The notes under the pieces were generated by a model. That model saw only the letters and a list, made by a program, of their open reading frames with translations. It was not told where the DNA came from and did no database searches. Shown here piece by piece: positions 44,941-54,679 of a stretch of 64,000 nucleotides of DNA (positions are counted from its first letter, which is position 1; every line of letters begins with the position of its first letter). Source of the stretch: an uncultured Eubacteriales bacterium (GTDB lineage: Bacteria; Bacillota; Clostridia; Oscillospirales; CAG-272); contig CAKSNQ010000005.1 of assembly GCA_934476315.1 (NCBI GenBank), forward strand, positions 9,581-73,580, read 5' to 3'. Made by a program: the position numbers and the translations under genes.

Positions 44941-44963
44941 GGGGCTGTTAATTTAACAGCCCC
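44941..44963. terminator. Hairpin next to the ABC exporter stop codon
   Basis: GGGGCTGTTAA/TTAACAGCCCC palindrome, followed by TTTATT on the plus strand. Confidence 0.5.
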
Positions 44964-44975
44964 TTTATTGTATCA

Positions 44976-46865
44976 TCAGGATTGTTCAAACTGGCTGTTG
45001 TACAGCTTTGCGTAAAAACCTCCGGCACTCAGAAGCTCGTCATGCTTGCCGTGCTCGATGATGTTTCCGTCCTTCATGACCAGAATCACATCAGCGTCCT
45101 GAATGGTGGACAGTCGGTGCGCCACGATGAAAGAGGTACGGCCTCTCATCAGTTTCGCGAAAGCGTCCTGAATTTTGATTTCCGTCCGCGTATCGATAGA
45201 GGAGGTTGCCTCGTCGAGAATCAGCATCGGGGGCAGGCAAAGCATGACACGAGTGATGCACAAGAGCTGTTTTTGCCCCTGCGAGAGACTGCCGCCGTCC
45301 TCCCCGATGACCGTATCATAGCCGTTCGGGAGGCGCTTGATAAAACTGTGCGCGTGCGAAGCCCGCGCCGCGGCTTCAATTTCCTCGTCGGTGGCGTCGG
45401 GCTTACCCATCGTGATATTCTCGCGGATGGTTCCCGATTTCATCCAGGTTTCCTGCAGAACCATTCCGTAGCTCTGCCGCAGATTCTTTCGCGTCAGATG
45501 GCGGATGTCCACGCCGTCAACCGAAATGCTTCCCTCGTTGACGTCATAGAAGCGCATGAGCAGGTTAATCAGCGTCGTCTTTCCGCAACCGGTCGGACCC
45601 ACGATGGCAATGCGTTGCCCGGATTCCACCCGGAGATTCAGATCGTGGATAAGCGGGCGCTCCGGAACGTAAGAGAACGCTACATTCTCAAGACCGACAT
45701 TGCCCCTGACGTCGGTCAGCGGGACACTGTTCGGGTCATCCGGCATGCGGGCGGGCTGTTCGATCAGCTCAAAAATGCGGGCAGCGCAGGCGAGCGCATT
45801 CTGCAGTTCGGTAATAACACCGGAAATTTCATTGAACGGCTTGGTGTATTGGTTGGCGTAGGTCAGAAAGCAGGAAAGCTTTCCGACGGTGAATACCGTG
45901 CCCGGTTGCAGAACCGTCAGAGCGCCGGTCAGCGCAACACCGGCATACACCATAGCGTTGATGAACCGCGTGGAGGGATTGACAAGCGACGAGTAGAACG
46001 TCGCGCGCAGAGCGCAGTCGGATAGCTTTTCGTTGACATGGTCAAAGTGCTCCGCGGTCTGCTTTTCCATGGAAAATGCTTTGACGATTTTTTGGTTTCC
46101 GATCATTTCGTCGATCAGCGCCGTCTGCTCGCCGCGCACCTCAGACTGCGCGCGGAACATGTCATAGGTGTGAGTGGCGATATATTTGGCAACGAAAAGC
46201 GAAACAGGAGTCAGTAGTACCACGAGGGCGGTGATGCCCGGGTGCAGGGTCAGCATGAAAATCAGCGTGCCGAGAATGGTCAGAACTCCGGTAAACAACT
46301 GTGTGAATCCAAGAAGCAAGCCATCGGCGAACTGATCGACGTCGGCAATGACGCGGCTGACAATCTCTCCGGTCGGCTTGGTGTCGAGGTAGGACAGCGG
46401 CAGAACCTGCAAGTGCTCGAACGCATCCCGCCGCGTGTCGCGGATGACCTCAAAGGTGATCTTGTTGTTCAGCGTTCCCATCAGCCACTGGCATACCGCG
46501 ATGATGAGCGCGCTGACGCCGGCACGGATGAGGAACGGGTACAACGCCTGAAAATCAATTTGTCCTATTCCGATCATCAGGTCAATTGCGTCGCCGATCA
46601 CGATCGGAATGTAGAGAGTAAGCGCAACGGAGATTCCCGCGAGAAGTACAGAGAGAAAAATCAGAGGGCGATAGTGCCGCAGATAGCGGAAGACCTTGGC
46701 AAGAGTTTTCCGGCTTTGTTCCGCGGACAGCTTCGGCTTTTTTGGCGCTTTGGGGGATAATTTCTGTTTTGTTGAGTTTTTCATTGTATGAGTATAACTT
46801 TTGCTTGCGCAAAAGCTCCTTTCTTGCTGAAAATCAGATTTTTGCGGTGCGGGAGATTCAAACAC
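44976..46865 (-). CDS. ABC transporter permease/ATP-binding protein (type I exporter half-transporter, subunit B)
   Basis: It has a six-TM N-terminal domain plus a nucleotide-binding domain: Walker A GPTGCGKTT, signature LSQGQKQ and Walker B ILILDEATS. The start is uncertain (GTG at 46865 or ATG at 46784). Confidence 0.9.
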   Translation of the reverse strand: MFESPAPQKSDFQQERSFCASKSYTHTMKNSTKQKLSPKAPKKPKLSAEQSRKTLAKVFRYLRHYRPLIFLSVLLAGISVALTLYIPIVIGDAIDLMIGIGQIDFQALYPFLIRAGVSALIIAVCQWLMGTLNNKITFEVIRDTRRDAFEHLQVLPLSYLDTKPTGEIVSRVIADVDQFADGLLLGFTQLFTGVLTILGTLIFMLTLHPGITALVVLLTPVSLFVAKYIATHTYDMFRAQSEVRGEQTALIDEMIGNQKIVKAFSMEKQTAEHFDHVNEKLSDCALRATFYSSLVNPSTRFINAMVYAGVALTGALTVLQPGTVFTVGKLSCFLTYANQYTKPFNEISGVITELQNALACAARIFELIEQPARMPDDPNSVPLTDVRGNVGLENVAFSYVPERPLIHDLNLRVESGQRIAIVGPTGCGKTTLINLLMRFYDVNEGSISVDGVDIRHLTRKNLRQSYGMVLQETWMKSGTIRENITMGKPDATDEEIEAAARASHAHSFIKRLPNGYDTVIGEDGGSLSQGQKQLLCITRVMLCLPPMLILDEATSSIDTRTEIKIQDAFAKLMRGRTSFIVAHRLSTIQDADVILVMKDGNIIEHGKHDELLSAGGFYAKLYNSQFEQS

Positions 46866-46871
46866 GAGTCT

Positions 46872-48614
46872 TCAGATCGAAGCCTGATCTTTTTTGAACT
46901 GAGACTCGTAAATTTCCCGATAAACCACACAGTTTTTCAACAATTCGTCGTGGTTTCCGACGCCAACCAGGGCGCCGTCATCCAGAACGAGGATGCGATC
47001 GGCGTAGCGCAGAGAGGTTGCGCGTTGTGAAACAAGGAAGACGACAGGGTGGTAGGACAAGGAGCGGATCGCGTGGCGCAGCGCCGCATCGGTCGCGTAG
47101 TCGAGCGCGGAGGAGCTGTCGTCCAGAATCAGGATTTCGGGGCGTCGGATGAGCGCGCGCGCAATGGTCAGACGCTGCCTTTGACCGCCGGAGAAATTCC
47201 GCCCGTTCTGCTCTACCTCAGCATCCAGTCCGCCGGGCTTTCCGTGTACGATCTCGGACGCCTGCGCCAGGGACAGCGCCTCCTCCATTTCCTGCTCGGT
47301 GGCGTCCTGCTTGCCCCACGCAAGGTTCTCGCGGATTGTCCCCTTGAACAGTACCGCCTTTTGCGGCACGATTCCGATGCGCGCCCGAAGGGAAGTGGGA
47401 GACCATTCGCGGACGGGAATACCGTCCACCAAAATCTCTCCCCCGGTCGCGTCGTAAAAGCGCGGAATCAGATTGACCAGCGAGGTCTTGCCGGAGCCGG
47501 TTCCGCCGATGACGCCGATGGTTTCCCCTCGCCGCGCGGTGAACGTAATATCGCTGAGCGACGGTTCCCCCGCGCCGGGATAACACAGCTCCACATGGTC
47601 GAAGCGAACGACCTCGTCGTCCTCACCCGGTGCGGGGATTTCAGATACAGGATGCTCGCTGATCGGCATTGAGCAGGGTAGGCGGAGGAGTGCCTCGACC
47701 CGGTTCCCGCATGCAACCGCCTTGGTAATGTTGATAATCAGATTAGCGAACTTGATCAGCTCCACCAGAATCTGCGACATCAGATTATAAAGGGCGACGA
47801 CCTCACCCTTGGATAGCGTCCCCTGGTTCACCCGAATCGCCCCGACGTAGATCAGAACGACGATGGCAAGATTGATCAGCGCGTAGGAAAGCGGATTGAG
47901 CAAGTTGGAAATTCTTCCGACGCGGTTTTGCAGGGTGGTCAGCGCCTCGTTTTTCTCGTGGAAAGCGTCCTTTTCTTCCTCCTCGCGGCAAAACGCACGG
48001 ATGACGCGGACGCCCGTCAGATTTTCCCGCGTCGCACCGGTGATTCCGTCCAGATGGCGCTGAACCTTCTGATACAGCGGCAGGCATACCAGCATGATTG
48101 CGAACACAACCGCGAGCAGGACGGGAATGGCGACCGCAAATACAAGCGCGCCTTTGACGTCGATCGTGAACGCCACGACCATGGCGCCGAACACTACGAA
48201 CGGCGAGCGCAAAAGCAGGCGAAGCGCCAGGTTCATGCCGGATTGAATCTGGTTGGTGTCACTGGTCATGCGGGTAATCATCGTCGAGGCGCCGGCGCGG
48301 TCCAGGTCGGCATACGACAGCTCGCCGATATGGGAAAAGAGAGCGTGACGGATATGTTTTACAAAACCGACCGACGCTTTGGCGGCGTAATACTGTGCGG
48401 TGATCGAGCTGGCAAGCCCGATGATTCCGAGCGCGATCAGAATCAGCGAATTGGTCAGAATTACTCTCCGGTCGCCGTTTTCAATACCGACATCGATGAT
48501 GCGCGCCACAACGAGCGGAACGAGCAATTCAAAGCAGGCTTCCAGCAGCTTGAACAGCGGTCCGAGGATACTTTCCTTTCGGTATGGCTTGAGAAATTTC
48601 ATCAGATACTTCAT
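46872..48614 (-). CDS. ABC transporter permease/ATP-binding protein (type I exporter half-transporter, subunit A)
   Basis: 580 aa. Walker A is GGTGSGKTS, the signature is FSGGQRQR and Walker B is ILILDDSSS. It lies 6 nt upstream of its partner, so a heterodimeric exporter is likely. Confidence 0.9.
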   Translation of the reverse strand: MKYLMKFLKPYRKESILGPLFKLLEACFELLVPLVVARIIDVGIENGDRRVILTNSLILIALGIIGLASSITAQYYAAKASVGFVKHIRHALFSHIGELSYADLDRAGASTMITRMTSDTNQIQSGMNLALRLLLRSPFVVFGAMVVAFTIDVKGALVFAVAIPVLLAVVFAIMLVCLPLYQKVQRHLDGITGATRENLTGVRVIRAFCREEEEKDAFHEKNEALTTLQNRVGRISNLLNPLSYALINLAIVVLIYVGAIRVNQGTLSKGEVVALYNLMSQILVELIKFANLIINITKAVACGNRVEALLRLPCSMPISEHPVSEIPAPGEDDEVVRFDHVELCYPGAGEPSLSDITFTARRGETIGVIGGTGSGKTSLVNLIPRFYDATGGEILVDGIPVREWSPTSLRARIGIVPQKAVLFKGTIRENLAWGKQDATEQEMEEALSLAQASEIVHGKPGGLDAEVEQNGRNFSGGQRQRLTIARALIRRPEILILDDSSSALDYATDAALRHAIRSLSYHPVVFLVSQRATSLRYADRILVLDDGALVGVGNHDELLKNCVVYREIYESQFKKDQASI

Positions 48615-48898
48615 ACAGATTCACGCTTTCCGATCCAAGAGATTTGCCGCGGCACAAAATTGTCGCGGTAACTTTTATAGTATAGCATATTTTCTGTCGA
48701 TTGAAAAGGGGGGAGCTTGTTTTTTTTACATTGCAGCCGGAAAAAAGAGTCGGGAAGTTACCGGGCGTCCGCGCGCCGTCATAAAAAATTCGCTCCGCAC
48801 ATATAGTGTGCTGTCGGCGAGCTTGAAATCATGACGCCGTGAGAAAAAATGAAAAAACCGAAAATCTGGAAACACGGAGAGAGAAAGGAGCGGCGGAC

Positions 48899-49864
48899 AT
48901 GAAAAACACTACCTATCTGCCGGAGGGACAGCGGTTGACAACTGCGGAAAATCTGGAGGTCACATCAACGCTTGCGGGGCTTGAGCGGGCAATGAATACG
49001 GGAATGATCGTCGAGGGCGTGGCGAAGCTCTGCGATTCCTCCTTTAATCTGACGGTGGACGTCGGCGGATTTGAGGGGTACATGCCTTTTGAGGAGACCG
49101 TTTACGACCCGACCGGGCAGCCAATCAAGGACATTGCGGTCATTACACGGGTCGGAAAGCCGATCTGCTTTTGCGTGATGGGAGTGGTCAGAGGAGAGGG
49201 CGGCGAGAAGCCCCGGCTGCTTTTGTCCCGACGGGCGGCGCAAAGAGAGTGCTACCACCATTACCTGTCCGAGCTTTGCCCCGGGGATATTATCCCGGCG
49301 CGGGTGACACATCTGGAGTCCTTCGGGGCGTTCGTTGACATCGGGTGCGGAATTGTTTCACTTCTCTCTGTGGACTGCCTCTCAGTTTCGAGAATCCGTC
49401 ACCCGCGCGAGCGGTTATATCAGGGAATGAATATCCGCGTGGTCGTCAAAAGCGTAGACGAGACGCGACATCGGTTCTTTGTCAGCATGAGGGAGCTACT
49501 CGGCACATGGGAGGAAAACGCCGCGGGATTTGAAGTGGGGCAGACGGTGACGGGGATCATCCGCAGTGTGGAAAGCTACGGAATCTTCATTGAGTTGACG
49601 CCGAATCTTGCCGGTCTGACCGAGCTTCGCGAGGAGTGGAAGGGAATGGAATCCTCTCTTATCGGGCAAAGCGCGGCGGTATTTATCAAGAGCATTACGC
49701 CGGAACGCATGAAGATCAAACTGGTCATGATCGACGCTTTTTCCGCGCCGCGCCAGCCGAATTCTCTGAGCTATTACATACCGGAAACGCAGGAGCACCT
49801 GGCAAAATGGGTCTATTCACCGGAGCACTGCAACAAATGTGTGGAAACAATTTTTGACATCTGA
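48899..49864 (+). CDS. S1 RNA-binding-domain protein (multiple S1/OB repeats)
   Basis: Start has SD AAGGAG 8 nt upstream. It has repeated G.I..G.V..l..fGaFV.i motifs (for example ARVTHLESFGAFVDIG and GIIRSVESYGIFIEL). Confidence 0.7.
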   Translation: MKNTTYLPEGQRLTTAENLEVTSTLAGLERAMNTGMIVEGVAKLCDSSFNLTVDVGGFEGYMPFEETVYDPTGQPIKDIAVITRVGKPICFCVMGVVRGEGGEKPRLLLSRRAAQRECYHHYLSELCPGDIIPARVTHLESFGAFVDIGCGIVSLLSVDCLSVSRIRHPRERLYQGMNIRVVVKSVDETRHRFFVSMRELLGTWEENAAGFEVGQTVTGIIRSVESYGIFIELTPNLAGLTELREEWKGMESSLIGQSAAVFIKSITPERMKIKLVMIDAFSAPRQPNSLSYYIPETQEHLAKWVYSPEHCNKCVETIFDI

Positions 49865-49886
49865 CACAGCTTTGTGTATTTGAAAC

Positions 49887-49920
49887 AAAAAACGGCGGTA
49901 CGGCAGTACTGCCGTTTTTT
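49887..49920 (+). terminator. Rho-independent terminator after the S1-domain gene
   Basis: AAAAAACGGC...GCCGTTTTTT arms enclose an ACGGCAGT/ACTGCCGT palindrome. A T6 run follows. Confidence 0.75.
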
Positions 49921-49955
49921 CGGGGAAAGCGTTGTTTTGCAGGTTCGGAAAACCG

Positions 49956-49984
49956 TTGACTTTTCCCGTCCCCGGTGTTATACT
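49956..49984 (+). promoter_or_regulatory. Sigma-A promoter TTGACT-N17-TATACT for birA
   Basis: TTGACT lies at 49956-49961, followed by a 17-nt spacer and TATACT at 49979-49984. Confidence 0.6.
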
Positions 49985-50075
49985 GTGACAGGGAGACGGT
50001 CGTTTCCGCAATTTTCAACGAATCGAAGGTGTCTCCCGACTTTGGTGCCGCTCGATGGCGAAACGGAGATTGTTT

Positions 50076-50918
50076 ATGTCTTTTCTGTCAGATGAAACCA
50101 CATGGGAAGCGCGCGAGGTCATGAACGGACTGCGCGGGGAGGCGGGGAAGTTTCGGGTCATATACTCCCCCGAGCTTGCCTCTACCAATCAGACGCTGTA
50201 CGAGATGGGAGCCGCAGGTGCCGCGGATGGCACGGTCGTCATTGCCGGGCATCAGACCTCAGGGCGCGGACGCATGCGCCGGGCTTTCTTTTCACCAGAC
50301 CGAACCGGACTGTACATGAGCCTGCTGTTACGGCGCCCGATTCCTTTTTCCGACGCGGTCTATCTCACGCCGGCGGCGGCGGTGGCAACGGCAGGTGCCA
50401 TTGAAGCACTCTCCGGGGAACAGGCGAAAATCAAGTGGGTCAATGATATCTACATAAATGAGCGAAAGGTGTGCGGGATTCTGACAGAAACGGCAATCAA
50501 CGCCGCTGACAATGCGCGCTCCTTTGCGTTTGCCGTCATCGGGATCGGCGTGAATATCACACCACCCTGCGACGGTTTTCCCGATGCGATTTCAGACGTC
50601 GCGGGCGTTGCTTTCCGCGATGCTCAGAATACGGAAAATCTGAAATTCCGCTTGGCGGCGGAGATTTTGAACCGCCTTTCCGAGTTGCTACCCAACCTTG
50701 CTTCTCACGCGTTTCTGGCGGAGTATCGGGAGCGCTCGATGATTCTCGGACACTCCGTGACGGTTCTGCGAGGCGATACGGCTACCTCGGCTCTGGCGCT
50801 GAGTATTGATGACAGATGTCGCCTTGTCGTGCGATACGCGGACGGTCATACGGAGGCTCTCGACAGCGGCGAGGTCAGTATTAAAGCCAAAAGGGGCAGC
50901 AGGGAAGCCGGAAACTGA
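50076..50918 (+). CDS. birA: Biotin--[acetyl-CoA-carboxylase] ligase, class I (no N-terminal HTH)
   Basis: The GRGRMRR.F.SP motif (GRGR..R.W) and KWVNDI are present. The length is about 280 aa and no DNA-binding domain is present. Confidence 0.85.
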   Translation: MSFLSDETTWEAREVMNGLRGEAGKFRVIYSPELASTNQTLYEMGAAGAADGTVVIAGHQTSGRGRMRRAFFSPDRTGLYMSLLLRRPIPFSDAVYLTPAAAVATAGAIEALSGEQAKIKWVNDIYINERKVCGILTETAINAADNARSFAFAVIGIGVNITPPCDGFPDAISDVAGVAFRDAQNTENLKFRLAAEILNRLSELLPNLASHAFLAEYRERSMILGHSVTVLRGDTATSALALSIDDRCRLVVRYADGHTEALDSGEVSIKAKRGSREAGN

Positions 50919-50960
50919 AAAATTCCAGACAAAGGAAAAAAACAAAGAACTCACGAACAC

Positions 50961-50989
50961 TTGACACATAAGTTTTTGTGTGCTATAAT
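50961..50989 (+). promoter_or_regulatory. Sigma-A promoter, exact TTGACA-N17-TATAAT, upstream of the capsule regulatory module
   Basis: TTGACA lies at 50961-50966, followed by a 17-nt spacer and TATAAT at 50984-50989. Confidence 0.7.
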
Positions 50990-51102
50990 AAAGAAAAGCT
51001 CTGAGAATTTTGACTGTCTGGCTTTGGTTATGTCGCTTTTTCTGATAAATGAAAGGAGCATGACGTTTTGTTTGAACACAATATCTCTGCGGTGTGTGCT
51101 TC

Positions 51103-53049
51103 ATGAGGATTAAGAGTCGAAAGCTACTGCTTTTTCTGATCGATACGGCAATATACATCGGCGTCTGGGCGGTGATGCTGGCTGTCGTGGCGCTCACATG
51201 CGCGAGCAATGGCGAGGAGGTTTCCGCGCAGTACGTTCGCGACTCCTCATTGGAATTTCTTGTAACATACGCGCCCGTGGTCCTGTCGCGGTTGGCTTTC
51301 CGTGTGTACAACAATGTTTGGCGGTACGCGGATTCGCAGGTCTTTTTACAGATGGTGGCTGCGGATGCCGTGGGCTGCGCCCTCGGTGTGGCTGTTCTGT
51401 GCGTGATTCCGTTACCGACGGGGTTCAATCTGTGGTTTGCCGTGGCGCTTGTGGTTCTGTCCGGCGGAGCAACACTGTGTTCGCGTTTTGTCTACCAGCA
51501 GTATTATCGCCGTGAAAACACTCACACACAGCAAAAAAGAAACAAGGTTGGCGTAGCAATCGTGGGAGCGGGGCAGATCGGCACGCTTTTGGCGGATGAG
51601 CTGGTTTTGAACGCCTCCTCGCACTACTACCCGGTTTGCTTCGTTGATACAGCTCCCTCCAAGATCGGAAGCCGGATCCGCGGCATCCGCGTCTACTCGG
51701 AAGAGGAATTTTTGAATTCGGTAGCGCTGTTACCGATTCAGGAAATTTTTATTGCGCTCGCCGAGGCAGACCGTGCGAAGGCAGAGAGAGTGTTTGGTAT
51801 TTACAGTCGTACGGGATGTAAGGTCAAGACCTACGACTTTCCCATGCGCGACGCGCGTGTGACCGGCGTTTCCAGAGAGTCCGGGCGCGTGATCCGCGAT
51901 TTCAATATTGAAGATTTGCTGTTTCGCGGTGCGTTGCAGATCAATGACACGTTGACGCGGGAGTTTTACACCGGAAAGACCGTGCTGGTCACGGGCGGAG
52001 GCGGCTCTATCGGAAGCGAGCTTTGCAGACAGATTGCAGGACGCGCTCCGAAACAACTGATTATCTTTGATATTTACGAGAACAACGCCTACGAAATCCA
52101 ACAGGAACTGCTTCGCAAATACGGCGACAACCTGAATCTTCAGGTGGAAATTGGTTCCGTGCGGGATTGCGCGCGACTGGAAGCAGTGTTTTCCAAATAT
52201 CGCCCGCAGGTTGTTTTTCATGCCGCGGCACATAAACATGTCCCGCTGATGGAACACAGTAGCGGCGAAGCAATCAAAAATAATGTTTTCGGTACCTACA
52301 ACACGGCGGACATGGCTGAGAAATACGGGGCGGAAAAGTTTGTTCTCATTTCCACCGATAAAGCCGTGAACCCGACCAACATCATGGGCGCCTCCAAGCG
52401 CCTGTGCGAGATGGTCATACAGTGCCGCGGAGAGAGCAGCACCGTTTTTGCCGCAGTGCGCTTTGGTAACGTCCTCGGGAGCAACGGATCGGTCATCCCC
52501 CTGTTCAAAAAACAGATTGAGGCGGGCGGTCCGGTGACAATCACGGACAAACGGATCATCCGTTATTTCATGACGATCTCCGAGGCGTCACAGCTTGTGA
52601 TTCAAGCCGGTGCAATGGCAAAAAAAGGCGAATTATTTGTTCTTGACATGGGCAACCCGGTCAAGATTCTCGATCTCGCAGAAAATATGATTCGTCTCTC
52701 CGGTTTCCGTCCGTACGATGAAATCAACATCGTTGAGGTCGGACTGCGCCCCGGTGAAAAATTGTATGAAGAGCTGCTACTGAAAACCGAACACCTTGAC
52801 AAAACGGACAACGACATGATTTTTGTCGAGCAGGACACGCCTCTGTCCCGCGATGACGTGGATAAAAAATTACAGATTCTTCGGAACGCGCTGGCGGAAT
52901 CCCATAATGAAAGCGACTCTGAAGCAATCCGCGTCGCGATGCACCAGGTTGTCCCCACCTACTGCGATCCGGAAGCGGTGAACTGCCATGCGGCACAGGC
53001 GGAGGAAATGATTCTTGTCAACGCCGCCGCCGAAAAAAGCCCTGTGTGA
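51103..53049 (+). CDS. Membrane-bound polysaccharide biosynthesis protein CapD/PglF-like (NDP-sugar 4,6-dehydratase/epimerase)
   Basis: It has four N-terminal TM helices and two Rossmann segments (VGAGQIG and TGGGGSIGSEL), plus a short-chain dehydrogenase Y...K-type core. Confidence 0.85.
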   Translation: MRIKSRKLLLFLIDTAIYIGVWAVMLAVVALTCASNGEEVSAQYVRDSSLEFLVTYAPVVLSRLAFRVYNNVWRYADSQVFLQMVAADAVGCALGVAVLCVIPLPTGFNLWFAVALVVLSGGATLCSRFVYQQYYRRENTHTQQKRNKVGVAIVGAGQIGTLLADELVLNASSHYYPVCFVDTAPSKIGSRIRGIRVYSEEEFLNSVALLPIQEIFIALAEADRAKAERVFGIYSRTGCKVKTYDFPMRDARVTGVSRESGRVIRDFNIEDLLFRGALQINDTLTREFYTGKTVLVTGGGGSIGSELCRQIAGRAPKQLIIFDIYENNAYEIQQELLRKYGDNLNLQVEIGSVRDCARLEAVFSKYRPQVVFHAAAHKHVPLMEHSSGEAIKNNVFGTYNTADMAEKYGAEKFVLISTDKAVNPTNIMGASKRLCEMVIQCRGESSTVFAAVRFGNVLGSNGSVIPLFKKQIEAGGPVTITDKRIIRYFMTISEASQLVIQAGAMAKKGELFVLDMGNPVKILDLAENMIRLSGFRPYDEINIVEVGLRPGEKLYEELLLKTEHLDKTDNDMIFVEQDTPLSRDDVDKKLQILRNALAESHNESDSEAIRVAMHQVVPTYCDPEAVNCHAAQAEEMILVNAAAEKSPV

Positions 53050-53126
53050 ACGCGCCGACTTGGTTGTGAGACTGATGTTGCCGGATGTTCAAAGGCTATC
53101 ACAAAACTAACAGGAGTAAAAGATTG

Positions 53127-53915
53127 ATGGAAGTCAAGCAAGAGTCTGGAGAAATCGATTTGATGCAAGTGCTTCGCGTTCTTTGGAAGAGAGCGTGGGT
53201 CATCCTCGTCTGTTCCGTTCTCGCAGCAGGACTTGCATTCTTCGGGACGGTAAATTTTATTACCCCGAAATATCAGGCAAATGTAAAAATGTATGTCAAC
53301 AACACGTCGCTGAACGTTGGTTCCGTCGGTATTTCCGTTGGTAGCCTGACGGCGGCACAGAGCCTTGTCAATACATACATCGAGATACTGAAAACACGTC
53401 CGGTCATTGAGGACGTGATTGAAAAATCCAACGCGCCGTACACCTACGCCACGATGGTCGGCAATCTCCGGGCAAGCTCGGTCAACTCGACGGAAATTTT
53501 CAAAATTACCGTGACGGACACCGACCCGGAGCGAGCGGTAAAGATTGCGAACTCAATCGCGGAGATTCTGCCGGACAAAATTGCCAATGTGGTGGAGGGA
53601 AGCTCGGTCAAGGTTGTCGAGTGGGCTGACGGCACCGCTCGTCTTTCCTCACCCAACGTATTCAGAAACACGTTTCTCGGCTTTATTGTTGGCTTTATCC
53701 TGGCATGCGGCGTTGTTTTATTGCTTTCCATGAACGACCCGTTGATTCGTTCTGAGGAATATATTCAGCAGCGCTACAATATCCCGCTTCTGGCGGTCAT
53801 TCCGAATATCCGTGCCAAGGACGAAAACGGTTATGCACGGAAGCATGGACGCGGGTACGTTAGTAAGTCCTCTCAGAAAAAGGAAGTGAACGGAGAGGAG
53901 GAGGACGAGCAATGA
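53127..53915 (+). CDS. Wzz/CpsC-like chain-length determinant (tyrosine-kinase transmembrane modulator)
   Basis: SD AGGAG is present. The N-terminus reads IDL..VLRVLWKRAW and is followed by TM1. Then come a periplasmic-like coiled region and TM2 near the C-terminus. Confidence 0.8.
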   Translation: MEVKQESGEIDLMQVLRVLWKRAWVILVCSVLAAGLAFFGTVNFITPKYQANVKMYVNNTSLNVGSVGISVGSLTAAQSLVNTYIEILKTRPVIEDVIEKSNAPYTYATMVGNLRASSVNSTEIFKITVTDTDPERAVKIANSIAEILPDKIANVVEGSSVKVVEWADGTARLSSPNVFRNTFLGFIVGFILACGVVLLLSMNDPLIRSEEYIQQRYNIPLLAVIPNIRAKDENGYARKHGRGYVSKSSQKKEVNGEEEDEQ

Positions 53916-54679
53916 AACTTGATTTTGCCGAAAAAAGCGCCGAAAAAAAGGCGGGTCAGAACGCGACTTCCGTCGGCAAGGATATGAATTTTGCCGCTGC
54001 CGAAGCATTCAAGTTGTTGCGTACAAATCTGAATTTTTCGTTGCCGGACGAGAAAAAATGCCGCATTGTCGCCATAACAGGTGCACAGCAGGGCGTCGGA
54101 AAGTCACTGGTTGCTCTTAACCTGGCGTATTCGACCTCGCAGGCTGAAAAGCGGGTTTTGCTGATTGAGGCGGACCTGCGGATGCCGTCTATCTCCAGGA
54201 AAACCGGACTGAAGCCGACCCCGGGACTGTCCAATCTGCTGGCGGGTGCCAATGACCTGACTTCCTGCGTGCAACATTATGTAAAAAATCTCGACGTTAT
54301 TACCTCGGGGGACATTCCGCCAAATCCGTCGGAGTTGCTCGGTTCCCACCGTATGCAGGAGCTGATGGCAGAATTCTCCGGACAATACGATGAAATTATT
54401 GTAGACCTCCCGCCGATGACCATTGTCTCCGACTCGTTGGTGATTTCTGATTTTGTCCATGGCTACATCGTCGTGGTTCGTGAGAACGAGGATGAAAAGG
54501 CTTCGTTCAACGAAATGATGCGCCAATTCGAGGTGGCGAAAGTTAAGGTTCTCGGTTTTGTATATAACTGCGCGGAAAACTCCGGTAAAAAGTACGGAAA
54601 GAAAAAATACAGGCACTACAAAAACGGCTACTACAACTACGACGGATATTACGGAAGCTCCGATCCTTCAAAGCAATGA
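53912..54679 (+). CDS. CpsD/CapB-family BY-kinase (protein-tyrosine kinase)
   Basis: It shows ATGA start overlap. Walker A is TGAQQGVGKS, Walker A' is LLIEADLR and Walker B is IIVDLPP. The C-terminal tail is Tyr-rich (YRHYKNGYYNYDGYYG). Confidence 0.85.
   Translation: MKLDFAEKSAEKKAGQNATSVGKDMNFAAAEAFKLLRTNLNFSLPDEKKCRIVAITGAQQGVGKSLVALNLAYSTSQAEKRVLLIEADLRMPSISRKTGLKPTPGLSNLLAGANDLTSCVQHYVKNLDVITSGDIPPNPSELLGSHRMQELMAEFSGQYDEIIVDLPPMTIVSDSLVISDFVHGYIVVVRENEDEKASFNEMMRQFEVAKVKVLGFVYNCAENSGKKYGKKKYRHYKNGYYNYDGYYGSSDPSKQ

Noticed and set aside
44982-48671. Several long plus-strand ORFs (44982-46025, 46242-46760, 47049-47672, 47928-48671) opposite the two ABC exporter genes
   Set aside because: All lie antisense to genes with complete Walker A, signature and Walker B motifs. 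Their composition is Arg/Gly/Asp-rich and none has an SD.
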